From positions 1-30,715 of IMG/VR virus record IMGVR_UViG_3300005758_000066: DNA of 30,715 nucleotides; one strand, 5' to 3'. A program made the translations under genes and the position numbers. Shown piece after piece: positions 8,294 to 17,372 of this stretch (within the stretch, counting starts at the first letter, position 1; every line of letters starts with the position of its first letter). Under the pieces are notes generated by a model that was given only the letters and a program-made list of their open reading frames with translations, was not told the origin of the DNA and did no database searches. The stretch comes from a virus. Lineage: Duplodnaviria > Caudoviricetes.

Positions 8294-9970
8294 CTATATT
8301 ATAAATTTATTTACTTTTCCAAATATATTTGGTCTATCTACTTGAGAATAGTAGATATCTTTATCGTTCTGAATCTCAGTAGAACCGAACATAGCTTTCT
8401 CTTTATACTTTTTTATCAAATAATCAACTATAATTCTCTGTGGATTACCAGTATTTAAATCTTGTATATTTCTATAGGATAATATTTCATATAATTTATG
8501 AGAAAAATATGGTCTAAAATTATTGACATCATATCTATAAGCTCCACTGCCAAGTGTTATCAAATAATTTTTAGGATCTACAAGCATAGATTTATGCAAC
8601 TGTTGCATTACAAAATTAGATTTATAATATCCATGAAAATATTTATAATAAGAATTATACTGGTAAAAACCATTAAACATTATAGAAAATTTATTTTTTC
8701 TTATCAGTTGTGGAACTCCAGTATATTGAGATTTTAAATATTGCCTATCGCCTATTCTGTCAAAATTAAAATTAGGATCACCAGTATCTCCATTATTAAC
8801 GATGTTATATTGTAAAGAATTTGGATCAGCAAAGCTTATATTTTTAAGAAAACTATTTTTAAACCATGTAAATTTATTTTTATAATCTATAATACTATTG
8901 TTAGTTTTCGATCTTTTATATTTAAAACGAAAACCATCTAAACCAACTGAAGAATATGATTCTCTTAATGATGAAACGTCTGGTGTAGTATTTGTATCTG
9001 TATAAGCTGTTGAAATACAATGAGAAAATGCTGTACCATTAATAATTGACCATTGATATATTTGATAAATTGTTACAAACGAACCAATAGGAAAAGATAT
9101 TGAAACGCCTCTTCTATTTTCCTTATTAAAATGAAACGAAAGACTTCCTGTACCAGAATTATAAGAAGTTACTGTTCCAAATATATAATTAGAATCGTTT
9201 GTTATGTCTCCAATAATTATTATGTCTCCACTTGCAAAAGCTTTTGCAGTTTCAATTGTTATAGTAACTGATGTACTTGTTTGATTTTGAGGTATAGGAT
9301 CAGAAACTATGTAGGAAATATAATTATCGTTTACATCTATTTCACTAACAAAAACATTTAATAAATTCGTTGTATCTGTTGATGCATTGTTAACATTTTT
9401 AGTTAAAAATTTAGTACAAGTATTTCCAGAAGACGATCCATTCAAATCAAAATAATATTTATTTAAACCAAGCTCAGTATCTAAAATTGTTTCAATTTGT
9501 TCTGTGCCATTAGTCCTAACAGTAAAATCAGCAACAGTTGATCCATTATTATATAAATTTGCAGTTGTAGCTACACCAGAGTAAAGATTAGCAAATTTTA
9601 ATTGTTCAGAAGAAGCATAAATATTTATATCAGATGTTGGATTTATATATCCGATATTCACCTGAGATTTATTACTTGAATTTTCAATTATTTTAATAGC
9701 ATGACCACAATCATTTTCATCTTTTATTTCTTTAGTATAAAAACGATCACCTAGATCTGTTTGAACATCTAAAGCTGAATTAGGAGTGCCAACTCCTTCT
9801 TTAAACTCTATTAATGGTTTATAACTTTTTTCTCCTAAATTACCTCCTTTTCCTCCGAACAATTCCAACATTTGCGTTTTTGCTGGTAATTTCGTTATCG
9901 CATTTGCTTCTAAATTAGGAAGATTATTATCGTATAACGAAACAAGTTTTAAAGAACTAAGAAATGACAT
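8294..9970 (-). CDS. Putative virion/tail-tip accessory protein, unknown family (Gly-rich N-terminus, beta-rich, possible LamG-like C-terminus)
   Basis: 558-aa ORF tightly packed between the Dit-like and L genes. Contains FGGKGGNLG, a segment TITIETAKAFASGDIIIIG...YIFGTVTSYNSGTGSL, and a C-terminal LYEILSY...IIVDYLIKKY resembling the end of LamG/ConA-like domains. Function is inferred from context. Confidence 0.6.
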   Translation of the reverse strand: MSFLSSLKLVSLYDNNLPNLEANAITKLPAKTQMLELFGGKGGNLGEKSYKPLIEFKEGVGTPNSALDVQTDLGDRFYTKEIKDENDCGHAIKIIENSSNKSQVNIGYINPTSDINIYASSEQLKFANLYSGVATTANLYNNGSTVADFTVRTNGTEQIETILDTELGLNKYYFDLNGSSSGNTCTKFLTKNVNNASTDTTNLLNVFVSEIDVNDNYISYIVSDPIPQNQTSTSVTITIETAKAFASGDIIIIGDITNDSNYIFGTVTSYNSGTGSLSFHFNKENRRGVSISFPIGSFVTIYQIYQWSIINGTAFSHCISTAYTDTNTTPDVSSLRESYSSVGLDGFRFKYKRSKTNNSIIDYKNKFTWFKNSFLKNISFADPNSLQYNIVNNGDTGDPNFNFDRIGDRQYLKSQYTGVPQLIRKNKFSIMFNGFYQYNSYYKYFHGYYKSNFVMQQLHKSMLVDPKNYLITLGSGAYRYDVNNFRPYFSHKLYEILSYRNIQDLNTGNPQRIIVDYLIKKYKEKAMFGSTEIQNDKDIYYSQVDRPNIFGKVNKFII

Positions 9971-9971
9971 A

Positions 9972-12860
9972 TTATGAGCCTCCTATCGTTGAATATGATC
10001 CTTGACCATATTCAATTATACACTTTAAATTATAACCATCAGATTTATTCAAAATAGAAGCATTATCAACAAAAGTAATGGCATTTATACCAGTGCCTTT
10101 TCCAAAACCAGCACCAGCACCGCCAAATATTTGATATGCATCTGGAGTTCTAGTCGTATCAAAAAATTGATATAATATAGAAGATCCCTTTGTTGTAGTA
10201 GTATTGTTATTTATTATAATATTACTACTATTAAAATAAGTATTCTTAAATGTATTATATTTATTATTATCTATATATGAAGCATTTGAATCAAAATCAG
10301 TTTTTAGCTTTGCGTACTTATTATTAAATGATGGACCATAATCTACAATATCGGATAACAATATATTATCTCCAGCGCCACCACCGGCCCCGAATATAGT
10401 ATCGTAATCCTTGTTTATATTTATTGTTCCACTACAATTAATATAAAACGCATTTCTGCCAGAATATATAGGATTATTTACATCTTTTGTTTTATAGGTA
10501 TTTCCACCTTTTCCAATTATTTTACTATTAGTGAAATTTAATTCAACGCCAGATGGCATTACGGAATAATTTCCTGTTATTATAAAAACTCCTGTATTAA
10601 ATACATCAATATCAACATTAGTAGTTAAAGGACCATAATAAACATTATTGAAATTTATTTTAATTCCTGAATACAAACTGAATGCTGCTCCAAATCTAGC
10701 ATTTGCTTCTATATATTTATATAAATCAAAATAATTATCTTGAGTATTATCTACATTAAATGTTTCTACTACACCATCAATTCTTATACTTGGAGGATTT
10801 ATTCCAAAATTAGAAAGATTATTTAAAGTCAAACCTGAAATAACCTGTGGATTAGTTATGCTATCTGTTATTCTGTTGACTCCAGATGCAAATACATAAT
10901 TACCATAATTTTCACCTAAATAATTTGTGTTTAATCCACTAACTCTTACATAATAATCAGTACTTAATGATAAACCGCTAAAATTAATATCAAAATATGT
11001 TGAACCTGGTGTTCCTATATTATACAGATCACTAGTTTCATCAATGCTTACGTTTATATATGATCCAGTAAATTGATTTGTTATAAAAGTTCCGCTTGTA
11101 GACGTTAATCGTCCAGAAAAATTATTAAAATAATATCCTGATTCAGGAATTGTAAATCTAGTTTTTAAACATAATTGATTTGTTTTAAAATCATAATAAG
11201 GACTTGCAATACAAGATTTTAATCCACTCAAAAATGGTGTAGTTATAGTTTCACCAACATCAAAAAATTTTCCAGAATAATATAACGACAAATCATTATT
11301 TGCTATAATTCCATTATTTTCTTTTTCTTGAACGAATTGATATAATCCAGTATATTTAAACGAACTTGTCGCAAAAGCGCCTTCATTCTCTACATTAATA
11401 TCGCAATCAATATTATAATTAGCATAACCTCCAGCCGGTGCTGTTTGTATTGAAGATTCATTATCCAATTGATGAACAAATGATACATCTACATTTGGTG
11501 AATCTGCTGGTTTAAATTGATCGGCACTTATTGTATATGTAACAGGTTTATTTTCATTATTTTTTATCTTTACAAGCTGTCTCTTTGAAAAACCTATTGG
11601 AACAAATCCGAAATCAATTGCACTAGGATCTACAACGCTATCGAAAATAGAATCAGTAATATAATTAAATTTTGATTCAACTATTCTTGCTTTTATGCTG
11701 TGATTATCAGCAAAATTATATGTATGACTCCATTCTGGACAAAAAAACGCTCTCGTTCCAGTATATGGAGGAAACATATCATATTCAAAAAGATCTAGAC
11801 CATTATGATTTTCTAAAAAGTGCAAAATAGCTTTTGCTTCTTTATCTGATCTATTATTAAAACTTAATTGTAAATCAAAGAAATTTGGATTTAAACCAAC
11901 CGTTTGATTTAAATAAAAGTTACCTAAATCGTTTTTATACATTAAAGAATCAAAAGCAAGAGTTTCAACAAGGTCAGGTGAAAAATAAAATTTCTGCGTC
12001 CAGTTGTTATTAGGACTATCAGAATATGGACTTATATTTTTAGATGGCGTGTCACCAGTGTAGTAAAAGAAACCTTCTGAACTTCTATTAGATTTATATT
12101 CAAAAACATAATCATGTTTATTATATGTCTGAGTATCATAATAAAAATTTTGAGAACTCTTAAATGGAATTAATTTTTCTTTCCATGATGTCAAAGAAAT
12201 AAATGGCGACTCAACTTCTACAGTAACATTATTGAAATCAACATTTTCAAAATCATTGTTTACATTTTTCAAATAAAAAGGTCGAGATTTTTCATGAGGA
12301 TAAAATAAACTTATATCAACAGGCTTCATACCTTGACCAAAAGCCAAATTATCTTTAGTAAAATAATTCTGATAAAAATGATTTATTGCACGGGCTTCAT
12401 TATCAGATATTCCTTGAAAATTCAATGTCGCTTTTACCTGAATTACGTTTTCACTCTTTCCAAGAATATATTTATAATTATCTTGGAACATATTTTCATA
12501 ATAATTTGCTGAAAATTCTATTGATGAACCATAAGTAGGAACAAAGAAAAAATTCTGAACCCACCAACCATATTGATCTGAAGCCGCTCCACTAGGTATA
12601 TTTAATATACTATCAGGTCTAGTCCAAAAGACATTTTTGCCAGAAGTTGTATAGATAGGATTTTTTAAATAATAATAACCTGTTCTCTCGGAAGTTGGAT
12701 TTACAACTGTTTGTGTTATTGGTGGCGGATTTGTATTATCTGTATAAGTACCAGGATTAATTCCTGTATAATATACTATTTCATATTGATTGAATGCAAT
12801 TCCCGTTTCATAATACGGGATATTTGGCATTAATATTCTATAATCGTTTATAGCTTTCAT
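9972..12860 (-). CDS. Multidomain distal tail protein: two tandem lambda gpM/Dit-like domains plus Ig-like, FN3-like and Gly-rich domains
   Basis: Copy 1 (~12200-12552): FFFVPTYGSS...LNFQGISDNEARAINHFY. Copy 2 (~11673-11990): FYFSPD...GLNPNFFDLQLSFNNRSDKEAKAILHFLENHNGLDLFEY..PPY..TRAFFCPEWSHTY. Then VDPSAIDFGFVPIG (Ig-like), FSGLSLSTDYYVRVSG (FN3-like), IIGKGGN...GAGGGAG...GGAGAGFG (Gly-rich). Confidence 0.75.
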   Translation of the reverse strand: MKAINDYRILMPNIPYYETGIAFNQYEIVYYTGINPGTYTDNTNPPPITQTVVNPTSERTGYYYLKNPIYTTSGKNVFWTRPDSILNIPSGAASDQYGWWVQNFFFVPTYGSSIEFSANYYENMFQDNYKYILGKSENVIQVKATLNFQGISDNEARAINHFYQNYFTKDNLAFGQGMKPVDISLFYPHEKSRPFYLKNVNNDFENVDFNNVTVEVESPFISLTSWKEKLIPFKSSQNFYYDTQTYNKHDYVFEYKSNRSSEGFFYYTGDTPSKNISPYSDSPNNNWTQKFYFSPDLVETLAFDSLMYKNDLGNFYLNQTVGLNPNFFDLQLSFNNRSDKEAKAILHFLENHNGLDLFEYDMFPPYTGTRAFFCPEWSHTYNFADNHSIKARIVESKFNYITDSIFDSVVDPSAIDFGFVPIGFSKRQLVKIKNNENKPVTYTISADQFKPADSPNVDVSFVHQLDNESSIQTAPAGGYANYNIDCDINVENEGAFATSSFKYTGLYQFVQEKENNGIIANNDLSLYYSGKFFDVGETITTPFLSGLKSCIASPYYDFKTNQLCLKTRFTIPESGYYFNNFSGRLTSTSGTFITNQFTGSYINVSIDETSDLYNIGTPGSTYFDINFSGLSLSTDYYVRVSGLNTNYLGENYGNYVFASGVNRITDSITNPQVISGLTLNNLSNFGINPPSIRIDGVVETFNVDNTQDNYFDLYKYIEANARFGAAFSLYSGIKINFNNVYYGPLTTNVDIDVFNTGVFIITGNYSVMPSGVELNFTNSKIIGKGGNTYKTKDVNNPIYSGRNAFYINCSGTININKDYDTIFGAGGGAGDNILLSDIVDYGPSFNNKYAKLKTDFDSNASYIDNNKYNTFKNTYFNSSNIIINNNTTTTKGSSILYQFFDTTRTPDAYQIFGGAGAGFGKGTGINAITFVDNASILNKSDGYNLKCIIEYGQGSYSTIGGS

Positions 12861-12861
12861 T

Positions 12862-14415
12862 TTAATTATTACCTACTCCGTACCAAAATTTTGTTCCAAG
12901 ATCTATTATATAGGGTTTTTCTATGGTTCCATTACCAACAGAAGGAGAATTGATTTCTCCCCAAACTTCTGAATATGTTTTTTCAACAGTTCTTACAGGT
13001 AAATTTTCAGGACCAGTTGGCGCTGTAAAAGTAAATTCGAAAAAATTATTTGAAATATTATTATTATATATCTTGCCAAGATGAAATTCATTTTTAAATG
13101 CTTTATTGACTTTAAATGTAAGAACTAAAGCATCATTTTTAGTATAGTAAAATCCATTAGCATCTTCTTTTCTTAACAATTCTACTTCTTTACCTTGAAG
13201 AGTGGTTCTCTCAACATTAAAATAATAGTTATATAAAATTTGTGGATTACTATTATCTGCATCTGTAAATCTTCCTTTAAATAATGGAAAAGAAGAAGCT
13301 ATAGTCACATAATTATTTCCTTTTATATTTGGACCAACAGAATAAAAATCAAAATCAACTAAAATTATGTACCAAAAATATTCATCTTTGTCCACTTCTT
13401 GCGTTGGAGTTATTTCACTGCCTATTTGTGGATCATCTTGTTTTGGCTTTTGATTATCAACTTCTTCTTTTATTTCTGTTGTTGTTGGTGTATTTGGAGG
13501 ATTAATAGTATTATTTGTAGGAGGACTTATAATATTAGGATTACTAACTTCCATCGGAATAGTAACTACTGAACGCTTTCTATTTAATGATTGTGTCATT
13601 TTTATTTTACTCAATCCATAATTATCTTCTCCAATTTCATAACTTTGATCGATAATTATTCCAGTCAATTGAACAGTATCATATACACTTAAATCTGTAC
13701 TATCTCTTAAAGTAGCAGAAAATTGAGCAGTATTACCATGTATATCTAAATATCCATCAATATTATTAGTCGATAAAGAAAATTCAGCATTCGCTTCTTT
13801 CATTGCAACTCTTGTAGGAAAAGTATCGCCTACTCTAAGGATTGGAACTCTTTCTACTGAAAATTGATAATCAAAATCTGTAACAATAAAATCAAACGGA
13901 TTCTCAGAAAATGAAGACCTGTTATCTGTTAATATGTAACTAGAAGTTCCATTTAAAGTTTTTAAACCTGATGTAAAAAGCTCTTTAGAATTAGCAATAC
14001 TTCTTGAAACATTGTTTGGTCCAAAAGCGTTTATAACAATAGGATCTGTATTCATAGCTTTTATACCATGATAAAAAACAAAATCAGCTTTTACTGGAAT
14101 CGGCTCAAAAGGTCTTACTGAAAAACTTAAATTAGTTAAATAACAATCTGGAATAACAATAGTATTAAATGCAATCTTAATTGGCGATTCATTTTGATTT
14201 TCTAATCTAAAATAACTTGGTAAAGCACCAGTTAAAAAGAAATTTAATCCAACAGTTCCTTGTATAGGCCCACTAGGTGAATAATATAATATATTACCAT
14301 ATATATCTTTTACGGGTACTGTATTAGCACTCAATTGCAAACTAACACTATTTGCTGGAAAAAGCTTATCGTTTACGAGTACTTGATTTTCTTCAAATGT
14401 AAGAAAATTTGCCAT
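12862..14415 (-). CDS. Tail tube-fold paralogue (baseplate-proximal tube protein-like) with Pro/Thr/Asn linker and C-terminal extra domain
   Basis: The first ~280 aa repeat the pattern of the major tube protein: CYLTNLSFSVRPFEPIPVKADF and VTDFDYQFSVERVPILRVGDTFPTRV. Then PPTNNTINPPNTPTTT linker and ~170 aa of unknown sequence. Confidence 0.6.
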   Translation of the reverse strand: MANFLTFEENQVLVNDKLFPANSVSLQLSANTVPVKDIYGNILYYSPSGPIQGTVGLNFFLTGALPSYFRLENQNESPIKIAFNTIVIPDCYLTNLSFSVRPFEPIPVKADFVFYHGIKAMNTDPIVINAFGPNNVSRSIANSKELFTSGLKTLNGTSSYILTDNRSSFSENPFDFIVTDFDYQFSVERVPILRVGDTFPTRVAMKEANAEFSLSTNNIDGYLDIHGNTAQFSATLRDSTDLSVYDTVQLTGIIIDQSYEIGEDNYGLSKIKMTQSLNRKRSVVTIPMEVSNPNIISPPTNNTINPPNTPTTTEIKEEVDNQKPKQDDPQIGSEITPTQEVDKDEYFWYIILVDFDFYSVGPNIKGNNYVTIASSFPLFKGRFTDADNSNPQILYNYYFNVERTTLQGKEVELLRKEDANGFYYTKNDALVLTFKVNKAFKNEFHLGKIYNNNISNNFFEFTFTAPTGPENLPVRTVEKTYSEVWGEINSPSVGNGTIEKPYIIDLGTKFWYGVGNN

Positions 14416-14416
14416 T

Positions 14417-16366
14417 TTATTGAGATATATAAGTACCAGCTTCGCTATTTGTATCTGATTCTATAAAATAACTTACTATAGTGTTTAAATTCTTTGCGCC
14501 ATATAATGGAGTTATTGCTGGACTAGCGGCTCCAGTAACCGCATACGCAACCCAACCTATATTATCAAATTTATTAAAATCTAAAGATGATGTTGATCCA
14601 TAAAATTTTTCACCATCAGTTGTATTTGATCTGCGAGCTTGTAAATTTAAAAATCCTTGACCAGTTATCAAACCAGAAACATATGCATATGTACCAAAAG
14701 TTATATCACTTGGATTTTTATAGATATTATTTGCAGCATCCCAAATTTGAAAGAAATTTCTAGGTCCAATTGCAGTACCAGATACATAAGTATTGCCACC
14801 AACATTAGTTAATTGTAAATCAGCAAATCTATTAAATACCAAATATCCAGTTCCATCAGCAATTCCACTATTCAATTGACAAGTAAAATCAACACCTTGT
14901 ACACTACCTTTTAATTGACACAATGAATGGTATGCTAGACTACCTGTTGTTTGATAGTTATAATTTATATTATCTAAATTTAAATAAACAGGTGCATATG
15001 TATCAGTACAACTAGAACGATGAACTTGTATAAATTTACCTTGGCAGAAACTATTATTAGTGCTATAATATCTATCAATATCTAAATCACCTTTATCAGA
15101 TAAAGTAGCTATATTTCGTGATGAATTGTAAGAATTAGATGTATTTCCTGTTTGCCAAAAATATTGTCCTACATCGCCAGCATCACTATAATTATTATCG
15201 CCAACAAATTTATAACCAACTATTAAATTATTATTAGTTCCAGAAGAATATGTTGTAAAAATTTCATTAAATGCGCTGCCAGCTTCTGAATTAATCTGAT
15301 ATTTGATTATCATTGTTTCACCAGCAGACTGATATCTTCTATGTAAAGTATTACTTCCCGAAACATCAATATAATAAGATGGATCAACATTTATCCCTAC
15401 TCTTCCATTGAATAAGTCAAAAATTATTGGATCTAAAGAACTAACTGCACCTGCTGATTTATTTCTACCCCAGTATAATTGACTATTTGATGGATCAAAT
15501 GTTGCAGAAGCTGTTGTAGTTGAACCAATTTTTCTCCAAAATATATTTGGATTAGTAACATCTTCTACTAATAATGTTTTATATGTTGTTCCATCTGTTG
15601 TATCGTTTGTAACCATCAATCTTGCATCTGGAGATCTATCATCATTATTACCAATTCTTGTTAATGCATTATCATGATCAATAAATACTGCACCACTTAA
15701 ACCAACAAATGTTCCGCTTGTAATGCTAACATCTTGATGATAATTTATATATAAATTTTTATCGCTCTGGATTCCACTGAAATTAAAATCAATATCATTG
15801 CTACTCGTATTATCATCAAAAGACATACGCAAACCTGTTTTTGCAAAAAATTGTAAACTAACTCCAGATTCAACACCGCTCATCGAATACTGACTACCAT
15901 CAGTAATTAATATATCACCATCATTTTCTATATTTATTGAGGGTTGATAAATATTGTTAGAATTACCACTTATAAAAAATTTACCATTTGGAATATTACC
16001 TACATACCAAGGAATCGTTGAATCATAAAATTTTAAATATCCTGTATATCCACTAGTAGGCTCAATTGTTAAAATTGTATTTTGACCAGTATAACCACTT
16101 ATATGCAAAATAGAATTCGGCACAAATGAAGATCCGCCGCCGATTCCAACATATCTATTGTTTGCTGGTATTCTAATTACTGGTAAAGCATAATCAGATA
16201 CACCGATTTGCATCGTATTACTTCCAGTGGATTTTAGAAAATAAAAATTACTTTGAAAATCATCAAACGTAATAATCTCTGTATCTCCAGCAGCATTAGA
16301 TTTTATCAAAACGTCCAAAGACGAAATAGTACTGGATGATGGTAAGTCTGATATTTTATCGCCCAT
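14417..16366 (-). CDS. Tail fibre-like protein
   Basis: N-terminal KISDLP motif typical of fibre N-termini. Repeated VGI..P...L.V.G units (RYVGIGGGSSFVPNSILHISG, RIGNNDDRSPDARLMV, GRVGINVDPSYYIDVSG). Ser/Thr/Gly/Asn-rich. Located in the tail operon. Confidence 0.7.
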   Translation of the reverse strand: MGDKISDLPSSSTISSLDVLIKSNAAGDTEIITFDDFQSNFYFLKSTGSNTMQIGVSDYALPVIRIPANNRYVGIGGGSSFVPNSILHISGYTGQNTILTIEPTSGYTGYLKFYDSTIPWYVGNIPNGKFFISGNSNNIYQPSINIENDGDILITDGSQYSMSGVESGVSLQFFAKTGLRMSFDDNTSSNDIDFNFSGIQSDKNLYINYHQDVSITSGTFVGLSGAVFIDHDNALTRIGNNDDRSPDARLMVTNDTTDGTTYKTLLVEDVTNPNIFWRKIGSTTTASATFDPSNSQLYWGRNKSAGAVSSLDPIIFDLFNGRVGINVDPSYYIDVSGSNTLHRRYQSAGETMIIKYQINSEAGSAFNEIFTTYSSGTNNNLIVGYKFVGDNNYSDAGDVGQYFWQTGNTSNSYNSSRNIATLSDKGDLDIDRYYSTNNSFCQGKFIQVHRSSCTDTYAPVYLNLDNINYNYQTTGSLAYHSLCQLKGSVQGVDFTCQLNSGIADGTGYLVFNRFADLQLTNVGGNTYVSGTAIGPRNFFQIWDAANNIYKNPSDITFGTYAYVSGLITGQGFLNLQARRSNTTDGEKFYGSTSSLDFNKFDNIGWVAYAVTGAASPAITPLYGAKNLNTIVSYFIESDTNSEAGTYISQ

Positions 16367-16371
16367 ATTAT

Positions 16372-16380
16372 TAATTACAC
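16372..16380 (-). promoter_or_regulatory. GTGTAATTA motif, putative late promoter element upstream of the fibre gene
   Basis: In the 31-bp intergenic gap. GTGTAA followed by 8 nt then ATG (16366). Confidence 0.45.
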
Positions 16381-16397
16381 CTTTATTATATTAAAAA

Positions 16398-17372
16398 TTA
16401 TTCTAAATAATTTCCAACATATGATGGATATATTTTATTTAGATATGTTAAATAAGTTAATTTCACTGTAGTAACATCATCAACTGTACTAGTAACTTGT
16501 TCAGATATTAATCTTGTATTCGAACTACTAAAATTAAATATTGACTGAGAATTTGGATCAATATCATTCTTTTTTAATATTAAAATAGGAACACCAGCTT
16601 CTGTTGTTATTGTAGTTCCATTTTCAGTGGTCATTTCAGCATCCTCATAAACAATTCCATGAACATTAATAGAAAAGCTATCAAAAGAATTACTAAAAAA
16701 AGAATCTGATTGACGCTTAGTTTCATAATCATCAACTTCCATTGTTATATTTGTAGTTACCTCGATAGGCCATTTAGTTTTTATTTGAAATGGAGAAGTT
16801 GAATTAACACGCCAGATTTCATGTTTATTTATTTGTGTGGATAAATCAAAACTTGTAACTCTATTAGTTGAACTACCACGACAAACTATATTAATTGTAC
16901 TTGGAAGAGGAACTTTTAATGGCGCATCTTTTTTATATCCTAATGCATTCAATGATGATGGATCGTCCAACATAGATGCATTTGATGAATCGATATACAA
17001 ACCGCTACCAATATCTCCATAAACTGTTATTCCATAATTGGCTACAGGTGGCTCACCATAATTTACAGAATAAGAGTACGAATTTAAACTTCCTTGATTA
17101 AAACCAAAAACTTTGTCACCATAATTAATAGAACCTCTTATAAATGAGTCTACACCTGTATACATACGCATAAAATCATTAGCAACCATAGTTCTTGTTA
17201 TAGAAAAATCTCCTTGAGGTATTGCGGCAACAACATTTTTAATAACTCCTTGACCCATAATATTTATGGGCTTAACAGTAAGTGAATAAGATCCGTCTAC
17301 TTCAGTAACGTAATCTAATTTACGCCCACCGATATAAACGCTTTGATCGTATTGTGCTTGTGAAAATTTCAT
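16398..17372 (-). CDS. Tail tube-fold paralogue immediately after the TMP (baseplate/tube-initiator-like)
   Basis: LDYVTEVDGSYSLTVKPINIMGQ, GSLNSYSYSVNYGEPPVANYGI, RVTSFDLSTQINKHEIWRV...WPIEVTTNITM and LISEQVTSTVDDVTTVKLTY align by eye with the major tube protein (LDRVQNCNFNFTINRQDINELGQ; GFITEYSLDASVGNIPTASVTV; HIQSFAFTIPLTRTVLQRL...VPLNMDVTINA; LNSESYSTDIGGNQTVDLTY). Start overlaps the TMP stop (TAATG). Confidence 0.65.
   Translation of the reverse strand: MKFSQAQYDQSVYIGGRKLDYVTEVDGSYSLTVKPINIMGQGVIKNVVAAIPQGDFSITRTMVANDFMRMYTGVDSFIRGSINYGDKVFGFNQGSLNSYSYSVNYGEPPVANYGITVYGDIGSGLYIDSSNASMLDDPSSLNALGYKKDAPLKVPLPSTINIVCRGSSTNRVTSFDLSTQINKHEIWRVNSTSPFQIKTKWPIEVTTNITMEVDDYETKRQSDSFFSNSFDSFSINVHGIVYEDAEMTTENGTTITTEAGVPILILKKNDIDPNSQSIFNFSSSNTRLISEQVTSTVDDVTTVKLTYLTYLNKIYPSYVGNYLE

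Noticed and set aside
14417-14900. Peptidase S74 intramolecular chaperone at the fibre C-terminus
   Set aside because: No SD.RLK.NI motif or terminal coiled coil present.
1-16366. Diversity-generating retroelement or invertible fibre cassette
   Set aside because: No reverse transcriptase, invertase, TR/VR pair or long inverted repeats seen in this window.
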